A stretch of 64,000 bases of DNA. Source: the human T2T-CHM13v2.0 reference genome, Homo sapiens. Under the pieces are notes generated by a model. That model ran no database searches, was not told the origin of the DNA, and saw only the letters and a list, made by a program, of their open reading frames with translations. How positions within the stretch are numbered: position 1 is the first letter of the stretch; each line of letters starts with the position of its first letter. Positions 51,955-64,000 of the stretch are shown here, piece by piece. The stretch lies in NCBI RefSeq assembly GCF_009914755.1, contig NC_060925.1. One strand, 5' to 3'. The translations under genes and the position numbers were made by a program.

Positions 51955-54900
51955 AGATTTTATGTGAAGATATAGCCGTTTCGAACAAAGGCCACAAAGT
52001 GCTCCAAATATCCACTTGCAGGTCCTCCAACAAGAGTGTTTCAAACGTGAACTATCAAAGGAAGGTTCAACTCTGGACTTTGAATGCAAACGTCAGAAAG
52101 ATGTTTCTGCGAAAGCTTCTGTTTAGTTAGGTGACGTTATCCCGTTTCCAACGAAATCCTCAGAGAGGTCCAAATATCCACCTGCAGATTCTGCAAAAAG
52201 TGTGTTTCCAAACTGCTCCACCCAAAGGCATGTTCAGCTCTGTGAGTTAAACTCAATCATCACAAAGTATTTTCTGAGAATGCTTCTGTCCAGTTTTTAA
52301 TGAAGCTGTTTCCTTTACTACCGTAGGCCTCAAAGCGTTCCAAATCTCCACTTGCAGATACTACGAAAAGAGCGTTTCAACCTGAACTCACGAGGGAATG
52401 TTCAACTCTGTCAGTTGAATGCCAACATCACAAAGAAGTTCTGGGAATGTTTCTCTTCAGTTATGTGAGTTTTATCCCGTTTCCAACGAAATTCTCAGAG
52501 AAGTACAAATATCCACTTGCATATTCTACAAAAAGTGTGTTTTGAATGTGCTCCATCAAAAGATATGCTCAGCTCTGTGAGTTAAACTCAATCATCACAA
52601 AGAATTTTCTGAGAATGCTTCTGTCTTGTTTTAGGATGAAGTTATTTCCTTTACGACGATAGGCCTCAAAGAGGTCCAAATCTCCACTTGCAGATTCTGC
52701 AGAAGGAGTGTTTCAAACCTGAACTATCAGAGAAAGTTTCAGCACTGTGAGTTGAATGCAAGCATCACGAAGAAGGTTCTGAGAATGCCTCTGTTTAGAT
52801 AGGTGAGTTTTCTCCCGTATCCAACGAAATCCTCAGAGAGGTCCAAATATCCACTTGCAGATTCTACAGAAAGTGTGTTTTGAAACTGCTCCATCCAAAG
52901 GAATGTTCAGCTCTGTGAGTTGAACTCAATCGTCACAAAGTGTTTCCTGGGAATGCTACTGTCTAGTTTTTATGGGCAGTTATATCCTCTGCTGCCATAG
53001 GCCTCAAAGCGGTCCAAATCTCCCCTTTCAGATTCTACCAAAAGTGTGTTTCCAAACGGCTCTATCAAAGGGAATGTTCAACTCTGTGACTTGAATGCAA
53101 TCATCACAAAGCAGTTTCTGAGAATGCTTCCATGTAGCTTTTATGAGCAGATATTTCCTTTTCCACCCCAGGCCTCGAAGCCCTCCAAATGTCCCATTGC
53201 AGATGCTAGAAAGAGAGGGTTTCAAAGCTGCTCTATCAAAAGGAAAGTACAACTCTGTGAGTTGAATGCAAACATCACAAAGAAGTTCCTGAGCATGCTT
53301 CCGTTTAGCTTTTATGGGAAGATTATCCCTTTTCCATCGAAATGTTCAAAGAGGTCCACATATCCGCTTGCAGATTCCACCGAAAGAGTGTTTCCAAACT
53401 GCTGTTTCAAAAGGAATCTTCAACTCCGTGAGTTGAATGCAATCATCACAAAGAAGTTTCTGACAACGCTTCTCTCTAGTTTTTATGTGAAGATATTTCC
53501 TTTTCCACCACAGGCCTGAAAGCGCTCCAAATGTCCACTTGGAGACTCTACGAAAAGAATGTTTCAAAACTGCTCTATGAAAAGCAATGTTATACTCTGG
53601 GAGTTGAACACAAGCCTCACAAAGGAGTTTCTGAGAATGCTTCTGTTTACTTTTTACGTGAAGATATTCCCGTTTCCAAAGAAATCTTCACAGGCTTCCA
53701 CCTATCCATTTGCAGATGCTAGAAAAAGAGAGTTTCAAAACTGCTCTATCAAAAGGAATGTTCAACTCTGTGAGTTGAATGCAGTCATCACAGAGAAGTT
53801 TCTGAGAAGGCTTCTGTCTAGATTTTATGTGAAGATATAGCCGTTTCGAACAAAGGCCACAAAGTGCTCCAAATATCCACTTGCAGGTCCTCCAACAAGA
53901 GTGTTTCAAACGTGAACTATCAAAGGAAGGTTCAACTCTGGACTTTGAATGCAAACGTCAGAAAGATGTTTCTGCGAAAGCTTCTGTTTAGTTATGTGAC
54001 GTTATCCCGTTTCCAACGAAATCCTCAGAGAGGTCCAAATATCCACCTGCAGATTCTGCAAAAAGTGTGTTTCCAAACTGCTGCACCCAAAGGCATGTTC
54101 AGCTCTGTGAGTTAAACTCAATCATCACAAAGTATTTTCTGAGAATGCTTCTGTCCAGTTTTTACATGAAGCTGTTTCCTTTACTACCGTAGGCCTCAAA
54201 GCGTTCCAAATCTCCACTTGCAGATACTACGAAAAGAGCGTTTCAACCTGAACTCACGAGGGAAGGTTCAACTCTGTCAGTTGAATGCCAACATCACAAA
54301 GAAGTTCTGGGAATGTTTCTCTTCAGTTATGTGAGTTTTATCCCGTTTCCAACGAAATTCTCAGAGAAGTACAAATATCCACTTGCATATTCTACAAAAA
54401 GTGTGTTTTGAAAGTGCTCCATCAAAAGATATGCTCAGCTCTGTGAGTTAAACTCAATCATCACAAAGAATTTTCTGAGAATGCTTCTGTCTTGTTTTAG
54501 GATGAAGTTATTTCCTTTACGACGATAGGCCTCAAAGAGGTCCAAATCTCCACTTGCAGATTCTGCAGAAGGAGTGTTTCAAACCTGAACTATCAGAGAA
54601 AGGTTCAACACTGTGAGTTGAATGCAAGCATCACGAAGAAGGTTCTGAGAATGCCTCTGTTTAGATAGGTGAGTTTTCTCCCTTATCCAACGAAATCCTC
54701 AGAGAGGTCCAAATATCCACTTGCAGATTCTACCGAAAGTGTGTTTTGAAACTGCTCCATCCAAAGGAATGTTCAGCTCTGTGAGTTGAACTCAATCGTC
54801 ACAAAGTGTTTCCTGGGAATGCTACTGTCTAGTTTTTATGGGCAGTTATATCCTCTGCTGCCATAGGCCTCAAAGCGGTCCAAATCTCCCCTTTCAGATT

Positions 54901-57900
54901 CTACCAAAAGTGTGTTTCCAAACGGCTCTATCAAAGGGAATGTTCAGCTCTGTGACTTGAATGCAATCATCACAAAGCAGTTTCTGACAATGCTTCCATG
55001 TAGCTTTTATGAGCAGATATTTCCTTTTCCACCCCAGGCCTCGAAGCCCTCCAAATGTCCCCTTGCAGATGCTAGAAAGAGAGGGTTTCAAAGCTGCTCT
55101 ATCAAAAGGAAAGGACAACTCTGTGAGTTGAATGCAAACATCACAAAGAAGTTCCTGAGCATGCTTCCGTTTAGCTTTTATGGGAAGATAATCCCTTTTC
55201 CATCGAAATGTTCAAAGAGGTCCACATATCCGCTTGCAGATTCCACCGAAAGAGTGTTTCCAAACTGCTGTATCAAAAGGAATCTTCAACTCCGTGAGTT
55301 GAATGCAATCATCACAAAGAAGTTTCTGACAACGCTTCTCTCTAGTTTTTATGTGAAGATATTTCCTTTTCCACCACAGGCCTGAAAGCGCTCCAAATGT
55401 CCACTTGGAGACTCTACGAAAAGAATGTTTCAAAACTGCTCTATGAAAAGCAATGTTATACTCTGGGAGTTGAACACAAGCCTCACAAAGGAGTTTCTGA
55501 GAATGCTTCTGTTTACTTTTTACGTGAAGATATTCCCGTTTCCAAAGAAATCTTCACAGGCTTCCACCTATCCATTTGCAGATGCTAGAAAAAGAGAGTT
55601 TCAAAACTGCTCTATCAAAAGGAATGTTCAACTCTGTGAGTTGAATGCAGTCATCACAGAGAAGTTTCTGAGAAGGCTTCTGTCTAGATTTTATGTGAAG
55701 ATATAGCCGTTTCGAACAAAGGCCACAAAGTGCTCCAAATATCCACTTGCAGGTCCTCCAACAAGAGTGTTTCAAACGTGAACTATCAAAGGAAGGTTCA
55801 ACTCTGGACTTTGAATGCAAACGTCAGAAAGATGTTTCTGCGAAAGCTTCTGTTTAGTTAGGTGACGTTATCCCGTTTCCAACGAAATCCTCAGAGAGGT
55901 CCAAATATCCACCTGCAGATTCTGCAAAAAGTGTGTTTCCAAACTGCTCCACCCAAAGGCATGTTCAGCTCTGTGAGTTAAACTCAATCATCACAAAGTA
56001 TTTTCTGAGAATGCTTCTGTCCAGTTTTTACATGAAGCTGTTTCCTTTACTACCGTAGGCCTCAAAGCGTTCCAAATCTCCACTTGCAGATACTACGAAA
56101 AGAGCGTTTCAACCTGAACTCACGAGGGAAGGTTCAACTCTGTCAGTTGAATGCCAACATCACAAAGAAGTTCTGGGAATGTTTCTCTTCAGTTATGTGA
56201 GTTTTATCCCGTTTCCAACGAAATTCTCAGAGAAGTACAAATATCCACTTGCATATTCTACAAAAAGTGTGTTTTGAAAGTGCTCCATCAAAAGATATGC
56301 TCAGCTCTGTGAGTTAAACTCAATCATCACAAAGAATTTTCTGAGAATGCTTCTGTCTTGTTTTAGGATGAAGTTATTTCCTTTACGACGATAGGCCTCA
56401 AAGAGGTCCAAATCTCCACTTGCAGATTCTGCAGAAGGAGTGTTTCAAACCTGAACTATCAGAGAAAGGTTCAACACTGTGAGTTGAATGCAAGCATCAC
56501 GAAGAAGGTTCTGAGAACGCCTCTGTTTAGATAGGTGAGTTTTCTCCCTTATCCAACGAAATCCTCAGAGAGGTCCAAATATCCACTTGCAGATTCTACC
56601 GAAAGTGTGTTTTGAAACTGCTCCATCCAAAGGAATGTTCAGCTCTGTGAGTTGAACTCAATCGTCACAAAGTGTTTCCTGGGAATGCTACTGTCTAGTT
56701 TTTATGGGCAGTTATATCCTCTGCTGCCATAGGCCTCAAAGCGGTCCAAATCTCCCCTTTCAGATTCTACCAAAAGTGTGTTTCCAAACGGCTCTATCAA
56801 AGGTAATGTTCAGCTCTGTGACTTGAATGCAATCATCACAAAGCAGTTTCTGAGAATGCTTCCATGTAGCTTTTATGAGCAGATATTTCCTTTTCCACCC
56901 CAGGCCTCGAAGCCCTCCAAATGTCCCCTTGCAGATGCTAGAAAGAGAGGGTTTCAAAGCTGCTCTATCAAAAGGAAAGGACAACTCTGTGAGTTGAATG
57001 CAAACATCACAAAGAAGTTCCTGAGCATGCTTCCGTTTAGCTTTTATGGGAAGATAATCCCTTTTCCATCGAAATGTTCAAAGAGGTCCACATATCCGCT
57101 TGCAGATTCCACCGAAAGAGTGTTTCCAAACTGCTGTATCAAAAGGAATCTTCAACTCCGTGAGTTGAATGCAATCATCACAAAGAAGTTTCTGACAACG
57201 CTTCTCTCTAGTTTTTATGTGAAGATATTTCCTTTTCCACCACAGGCCTGAAAGCGCTCCAAATGTCCACTTGGAGACTCTACGAAAAGAATGTTTCAAA
57301 ACTGCTCTATGAAAAGCAATGTTATACTCTGGGAGTTGAACACAAGCCTCACAAAGGAGTTTCTGAGAATGCTTCTGTTTACTTTTTACGTGAAGATATT
57401 CCCGTTTCCAAAGAAATCTTCACAGGCTTCCACCTATCCATTTGCAGATGCTAGAAAAAGAGAGTTTCAAAACTGCTCTATCAAAAGGAATGTTCAACTC
57501 TGTGAGTTGAATGCAGTCATCACAGAGAAGTTTCTGAGAAGGCTTCTGTCTAGATTTTATGTGAAGATATAGCCGTTTCGAACAAAGGCCACAAAGTGCT
57601 CCAAATATCCACTTGCAGGTCCTCCAACAAGAGTGTTTCAAACGTGAACTATCAAAGGAAGGTTCAACTCTGGACTTTGAATGCAAACGTCAGAAAGATG
57701 TTTCTGCGAAAGCTTCTGTTTAGTTAGGTGACGTTATCCCGTTTCCAACGAAATCCTCAGAGAGGTCCAAATATCCACCTGCAGATTCTGCAAAAAGTGT
57801 GTTTCCAAACTGCTCCACCCAAAGGCATGTTCAGCTCTGTGAGTTAAACTCAATCATCACAAAGTATTTTCTGAGAATGCTTCTGTCCAGTTTTTACATG

Positions 57901-60900
57901 AAGCTGTTTCCTTTACTACCGTAGGCCTCAAAGCGTTCCAAATCTCCACTTGCAGATACTACGAAAAGAGCGTTTCAACCTGAACTCACGAGGGAATGTT
58001 CAACTCTGTCAGTTGAATGCCAACATCACAAAGAAGTTCTGGGAATGTTTCTCTTCAGTTATGTGAGTTTTATCCCGTTTCCAACGAAATTCTCAGAGAA
58101 GTACAAATATCCACTTGCATATTCTACAAAAAGTGTGTTTTGAATGTGCTCCATCAAAAGATATGCTCAGCTCTGTGAGTTAAACTCAATCATCACAAAG
58201 AATTTTCTGAGAATGCTTCTGTCTTGTTTTAGGATGAAGTTATTTCCTTTACGACGATAGGCCTCAAAGAGGTCCAAATCTCCACTTGCAGATTCTGCAG
58301 AAGGAGTGTTTCAAACCTGAACTATCAGAGAAAGTTTCAGCACTGTGAGTTGAATGCAAGCATCACGAAGAAGGTTCTGAGAATGCCTCTGTTTAGATAG
58401 GTGAGTTTTCTCCCGTATCCAACGAAATCCTCAGAGAGGTCCAAATATCCACTTGCAGATTCTACAGAAAGTGTGTTTTGAAACTGCTCCATCCAAAGGA
58501 ATGTTCAGCTCTGTGAGTTGAACTCAATCGTCACAAAGTGTTTCCTGGGAATGCTACTGTCTAGTTTTTATGGGCAGTTATATCCTCTGCTGCCATAGGC
58601 CTCAAAGCGGTCCAAATCTCCCCTTTCAGATTCTACCAAAAGTGTGTTTCCAAACGGCTCTATCAAAGGGAATGTTCAACTCTGTGACTTGAATGCAATC
58701 ATCACAAAGCAGTTTCTGAGAATGCTTCCATGTAGCTTTTATGAGCAGATATTTCCTTTTCCACCCCAGGCCTCGAAGCCCTCCAAATGTCCCATTGCAG
58801 ATGCTAGAAAGAGAGGGTTTCAAAGCTGCTCTATCAAAAGGAAAGTACAACTCTGTGAGTTGAATGCAAACATCACAAAGAAGTTCCTGAGCATGCTTCC
58901 GTTTAGCTTTTATGGGAAGATTATCCCTTTTCCATCGAAATGTTCAAAGAGGTCCACATATCCGCTTGCAGATTCCACCGAAAGAGTGTTTCCAAACTGC
59001 TGTTTCAAAAGGAATCTTCAACTCCGTGAGTTGAATGCAATCATCACAAAGAAGTTTCTGACAACGCTTCTCTCTAGTTTTTATGTGAAGATATTTCCTT
59101 TTCCACCACAGGCCTGAAAGCGCTCCAAATGTCCACTTGGAGACTCTACGAAAAGAATGTTTCAAAACTGCTCTATGAAAAGCAATGTTATACTCTGGGA
59201 GTTGAACACAAGCCTCACAAAGGAGTTTCTGAGAATGCTTCTGTTTACTTTTTACGTGAAGATATTCCCGTTTCCAAAGAAATCTTCACAGGCTTCCACC
59301 TATCCATTTGCAGATGCTAGAAAAAGAGAGTTTCAAAACTGCTCTATCAAAAGGAATGTTCAACTCTGTGAGTTGAATGCAGTCATCACAGAGAAGTTTC
59401 TGAGAAGGCTTCTGTCTAGATTTTATGTGAAGATATAGCCGTTTCGAACAAAGGCCACAAAGTGCTCCAAATATCCACTTGCAGGTCCTCCAACAAGAGT
59501 GTTTCAAACGTGAACTATCAAAGGAAGGTTCAACTCTGGACTTTGAATGCAAACGTCAGAAAGATGTTTCTGCGAAAGCTTCTGTTTAGTTATGTGACGT
59601 TATCCCGTTTCCAACGAAATCCTCAGAGAGGTCCAAATATCCACCTGCAGATTCTGCAAAAAGTGTGTTTCCAAACTGCTGCACCCAAAGGCATGTTCAG
59701 CTCTGTGAGTTAAACTCAATCATCACAAAGTATTTTCTGAGAATGCTTCTGTCCAGTTTTTACATGAAGCTGTTTCCTTTACTACCGTAGGCCTCAAAGC
59801 GTTCCAAATCTCCACTTGCAGATACTACGAAAAGAGCGTTTCAACCTGAACTCACGAGGGAAGGTTCAACTCTGTCAGTTGAATGCCAACATCACAAAGA
59901 AGTTCTGGGAATGTTTCTCTTCAGTTATGTGAGTTTTATCCCGTTTCCAACGAAATTCTCAGAGAAGTACAAATATCCACTTGCATATTCTACAAAAAGT
60001 GTGTTTTGAAAGTGCTCCATCAAAAGATATGCTCAGCTCTGTGAGTTAAACTCAATCATCACAAAGAATTTTCTGAGAATGCTTCTGTCTTGTTTTAGGA
60101 TGAAGTTATTTCCTTTACGACGATAGGCCTCAAAGAGGTCCAAATCTCCACTTGCAGATTCTGCAGAAGGAGTGTTTCAAACCTGAACTATCAGAGAAAG
60201 GTTCAACACTGTGAGTTGAATGCAAGCATCACGAAGAAGGTTCTGAGAATGCCTCTGTTTAGATAGGTGAGTTTTCTCCCTTATCCAACGAAATCCTCAG
60301 AGAGGTCCAAATATCCACTTGCAGATTCTACCGAAAGTGTGTTTTGAAACTGCTCCATCCAAAGGAATGTTCAGCTCTGTGAGTTGAACTCAATCGTCAC
60401 AAAGTGTTTCCTGGGAATGCTACTGTCTAGTTTTTATGGGCAGTTATATCCTCTGCTGCCATAGGCCTCAAAGCGGTCCAAATCTCCCCTTTCAGATTCT
60501 ACCAAAAGTGTGTTTCCAAACGGCTCTATCAAAGGGAATGTTCAGCTCTGTGACTTGAATGCAATCATCACAAAGCAGTTTCTGACAATGCTTCCATGTA
60601 GCTTTTATGAGCAGATATTTCCTTTTCCACCCCAGGCCTCGAAGCCCTCCAAATGTCCCCTTGCAGATGCTAGAAAGAGAGGGTTTCAAAGCTGCTCTAT
60701 CAAAAGGAAAGGACAACTCTGTGAGTTGAATGCAAACATCACAAAGAAGTTCCTGAGCATGCTTCCGTTTAGCTTTTATGGGAAGATAATCCCTTTTCCA
60801 TCGAAATGTTCAAAGAGGTCCACATATCCGCTTGCAGATTCCACCGAAAGAGTGTTTCCAAACTGCTGTATCAAAAGGAATCTTCAACTCCGTGAGTTGA

Positions 60901-63900
60901 ATGCAATCATCACAAAGAAGTTTCTGACAACGCTTCTCTCTAGTTTTTATGTGAAGATATTTCCTTTTCCACCACAGGCCTGAAAGCGCTCCAAATGTCC
61001 ACTTGGAGACTCTACGAAAAGAATGTTTCAAAACTGCTCTATGAAAAGCAATGTTATACTCTGGGAGTTGAACACAAGCCTCACAAAGGAGTTTCTGAGA
61101 ATGCTTCTGTTTACTTTTTACGTGAAGATATTCCCGTTTCCAAAGAAATCTTCACAGGCTTCCACCTATCCATTTGCAGATGCTAGAAAAAGAGAGTTTC
61201 AAAACTGCTCTATCAAAAGGAATGTTCAACTCTGTGAGTTGAATGCAGTCATCACAGAGAAGTTTCTGAGAAGGCTTCTGTCTAGATTTTATGTGAAGAT
61301 ATAGCCGTTTCGAACAAAGGCCACAAAGTGCTCCAAATATCCACTTGCAGGTCCTCCAACAAGAGTGTTTCAAACGTGAACTATCAAAGGAAGGTTCAAC
61401 TCTGGACTTTGAATGCAAACGTCAGAAAGATGTTTCTGCGAAAGCTTCTGTTTAGTTAGGTGACGTTATCCCGTTTCCAACGAAATCCTCAGAGAGGTCC
61501 AAATATCCACCTGCAGATTCTGCAAAAAGTGTGTTTCCAAACTGCTCCACCCAAAGGCATGTTCAGCTCTGTGAGTTAAACTCAATCATCACAAAGTATT
61601 TTCTGAGAATGCTTCTGTCCAGTTTTTACATGAAGCTGTTTCCTTTACTACCGTAGGCCTCAAAGCGTTCCAAATCTCCACTTGCAGATACTACGAAAAG
61701 AGCGTTTCAACCTGAACTCACGAGGGAAGGTTCAACTCTGTCAGTTGAATGCCAACATCACAAAGAAGTTCTGGGAATGTTTCTCTTCAGTTATGTGAGT
61801 TTTATCCCGTTTCCAACGAAATTCTCAGAGAAGTACAAATATCCACTTGCATATTCTACAAAAAGTGTGTTTTGAAAGTGCTCCATCAAAAGATATGCTC
61901 AGCTCTGTGAGTTAAACTCAATCATCACAAAGAATTTTCTGAGAATGCTTCTGTCTTGTTTTAGGATGAAGTTATTTCCTTTACGACGATAGGCCTCAAA
62001 GAGGTCCAAATCTCCACTTGCAGATTCTGCAGAAGGAGTGTTTCAAACCTGAACTATCAGAGAAAGGTTCAACACTGTGAGTTGAATGCAAGCATCACGA
62101 AGAAGGTTCTGAGAATGCCTCTGTTTAGATAGGTGAGTTTTCTCCCTTATCCAACGAAATCCTCAGAGAGGTCCAAATATCCACTTGCAGATTCTACCGA
62201 AAGTGTGTTTTGAAACTGCTCCATCCAAAGGAATGTTCAGCTCTGTGAGTTGAACTCAATCGTCACAAAGTGTTTCCTGGGAATGCTACTGTCTAGTTTT
62301 TATGGGCAGTTATATCCTCTGCTGCCATAGGCCTCAAAGCGGTCCAAATCTCCCCTTTCAGATTCTACCAAAAGTGTGTTTCCAAACGGCTCTATCAAAG
62401 GGAATGTTCAGCTCTGTGACTTGAATGCAATCATCACAAAGCAGTTTCTGAGAATGCTTCCATGTAGCTTTTATGAGCAGATATTTCCTTTTCCACCCCA
62501 GGCCTCGAAGCCCTCCAAATGTCCCCTTGCAGATGCTAGAAAGAGAGGGTTTCAAAGCTGCTCTATCAAAAGGAAAGGACAACTCTGTGAGTTGAATGCA
62601 AACATCACAAAGAAGTTCCTGAGCATGCTTCCGTTTAGCTTTTATGGAAAGATAATCCCTTTTCCATCGAAATGTTCAAAGAGGTCCACATATCCGCTTG
62701 CAGATTCCACCGAAAGAGTGTTTCCAAACTGCTGTATCAAAAGGAATCTTCAACTCCGTGAGTTGAATGCAATCATCACAAAGAAGTTTCTGACAACGCT
62801 TCTCTCTAGTTTTTATGTGAAGATATTTCCTTTTCCACCACAGGCCTGAAAGCGCTCCAAATGTCCACTTGGAGACTCTACGAAAAGAATGTTTCAAAAC
62901 TGCTCTATGAAAAGCAATGTTATACTCTGGGAGTTGAACACAAGCCTCACAAAGGAGTTTCTGAGAATGCTTCTGTTTACTTTTTACGTGAAGATATTCC
63001 CGTTTCCAAAGAAATCTTCACAGGCTTCCACCTATCCATTTGCAGATGCTAGAAAAAGAGAGTTTCAAAACTGCTCTATCAAAAGGAATGTTCAACTCTG
63101 TGAGTTGAATGCAGTCATCACAGAGAAGTTTCTGAGAAGGCTTCTGTCTAGATTTTATGTGAAGATATAGCCGTTTCGAACAAAGGCCACAAAGTGCTCC
63201 AAATATCCACTTGCAGGTCCTCCAACAAGAGTGTTTCAAACGTGAACTATCAAAGGAAGGTTCAACTCTGGACTTTGAATGCAAACGTCAGAAAGATGTT
63301 TCTGCGAAAGCTTCTGTTTAGTTAGGTGACGTTATCCCGTTTCCAACGAAATCCTCAGAGAGGTCCAAATATCCACCTGCAGATTCTGCAAAAAGTGTGT
63401 TTCCAAACTGCTCCACCCAAAGGCATGTTCAGCTCTGTGAGTTAAACTCAATCATCACAAAGTATTTTCTGAGAATGCTTCTGTCCAGTTTTTACATGAA
63501 GCTGTTTCCTTTACTACCGTAGGCCTCAAAGCGTTCCAAATCTCCACTTGCAGATACTACGAAAAGAGTGTTTCAACCTGAACTCACGAGGGAATGTTCA
63601 ACTCTGTCAGTTGAATGCCAACATCACAAAGAAGTTCTGGGAATGTTTCTCTTCAGTTATGTGAGTTTTATCCCGTTTCCAACGAAATTCTCAGAGAAGT
63701 ACAAATATCCACTTGCATATTCTACAAAAAGTGTGTTTTGAATGTGCTCCATCAAAAGTTATGCTCAGCTCTGTGAGTTAAACTCAATCATCACAAAGAA
63801 TTTTCTGAGAATGCTTCTGTCTTGTTTTAGGATGAAGTTATTTCCTTTACGACGATAGGCCTCAAAGAGGTCCAAATCTCCACTTGCAGATTCTGCAGAA

Positions 63901-64000
63901 GGAGTGTTTCAAACCTGAACTATCAGAGAAAGTTTCAGCACTGTGAGTTGAATGCAAGCATCACGAAGAAGGTTCTGAGAATGCCTCTGTTTAGATAGGT
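51955..64000 (-). repeat. 3-HOR (33-monomer, 5598-bp) super-repeat, two full copies plus the start of a third
   Basis: Private SNPs recur at 5598-bp spacing: gggaatgttc (~52397, ~57995, ~63593), agaaagtttcagc (~52731, ~58329, ~63927), cccattgc (ORF variant KCPIA at 53046/58644) and ttctgacaatg (ORF variant QFLTM at 54912/60510). Confidence 0.85.

Larger units (their letters stand above)
6501..64000 (-). repeat. Alpha-satellite 11-mer HOR array (1866-bp unit, ~30.5 copies), D1Z5 / S3C1H2-type (SF3), opposite orientation to the left array
   Basis: The same ORF artefact starts at 8752, 10618, 12484 ... 62861 (30 copies, spacing 1866 or 1865). There is one HindIII (aagctt) and one XbaI (tctaga) site per unit. 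CENP-B boxes read tcccgtttccaacgaaa, i.e. reverse strand. A ~1.9-kb 11-mer abutting the chr1/5/19 SF1 array fits D1Z5 of human chr1 (recall, not aligned). Confidence 0.92.

Noticed and set aside
14821-52300. Singleton 1-bp deletions (~14824, ~23411, ~52300) giving 1865-bp units
   Set aside because: Isolated events that may be real mutations or consensus errors. The one next to a CENP-B box (~14824) leaves the core intact.
108-63284. Numerous 60-157 aa ORFs on both strands (e.g. MFPNGSIKGNVQ..., MSTWRLYEK..., MILRNSFVMCAF...)
   Set aside because: They are translations of alpha-satellite monomers. They recur with the repeat period, overlap in several frames, and gain or lose stops through single SNPs, with no domain signature.
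1-64000. CRISPR-like or prokaryotic repeat system suggested by regular short motifs
   Set aside because: The sequence between motifs is itself repeated rather than unique spacers, there are no cas-like ORFs, and the motifs are CENP-B boxes in 171-bp satellite.
1-64000. Alu, L1 or other transposon insertion
   Set aside because: No poly-A tract or non-alphoid segment was seen, and HOR spacing is unbroken apart from the 674-bp duplication and 1-bp deletions.

Overview
The whole window is primate (human-type) centromeric alpha-satellite DNA of ~171-bp monomers. It contains no genes, and every listed ORF is a by-product of the repeat. Two different higher-order-repeat (HOR) arrays meet in opposite orientation. 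(1) Bases 1-~6506 are a dimeric (340-bp, EcoRI-periodic) suprachromosomal family 1 array with a CENP-B box in every second monomer, mixing 1019-bp 6-mers, one 8-mer and runs of plain dimers. It matches the chr1/5/19 D1Z7/D5Z2/D19Z3-type HOR. (2) Bases ~6501-64000 are ~30.5 copies of a highly homogeneous 1866-bp 11-mer HOR on the opposite strand, matching the chr1 D1Z5 (SF3, S3C1H2-type) array. Family names come from recall and were not checked by alignment. The most informative region is the junction. It is a clean inverted fusion over 6 bp of microhomology (AGATTT), and the first 11-mer monomer keeps an intact CENP-B box that is broken in every other copy. The first HOR is a 15-mer made by a 674-bp duplication whose crossover overlaps a CENP-B box. 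Further in, SNP haplotypes show local duplications, spread of a CENP-B-box-destroying variant and an emerging 3-HOR (5598-bp) super-repeat. I found no evidence of a novel protein-coding or RNA system.
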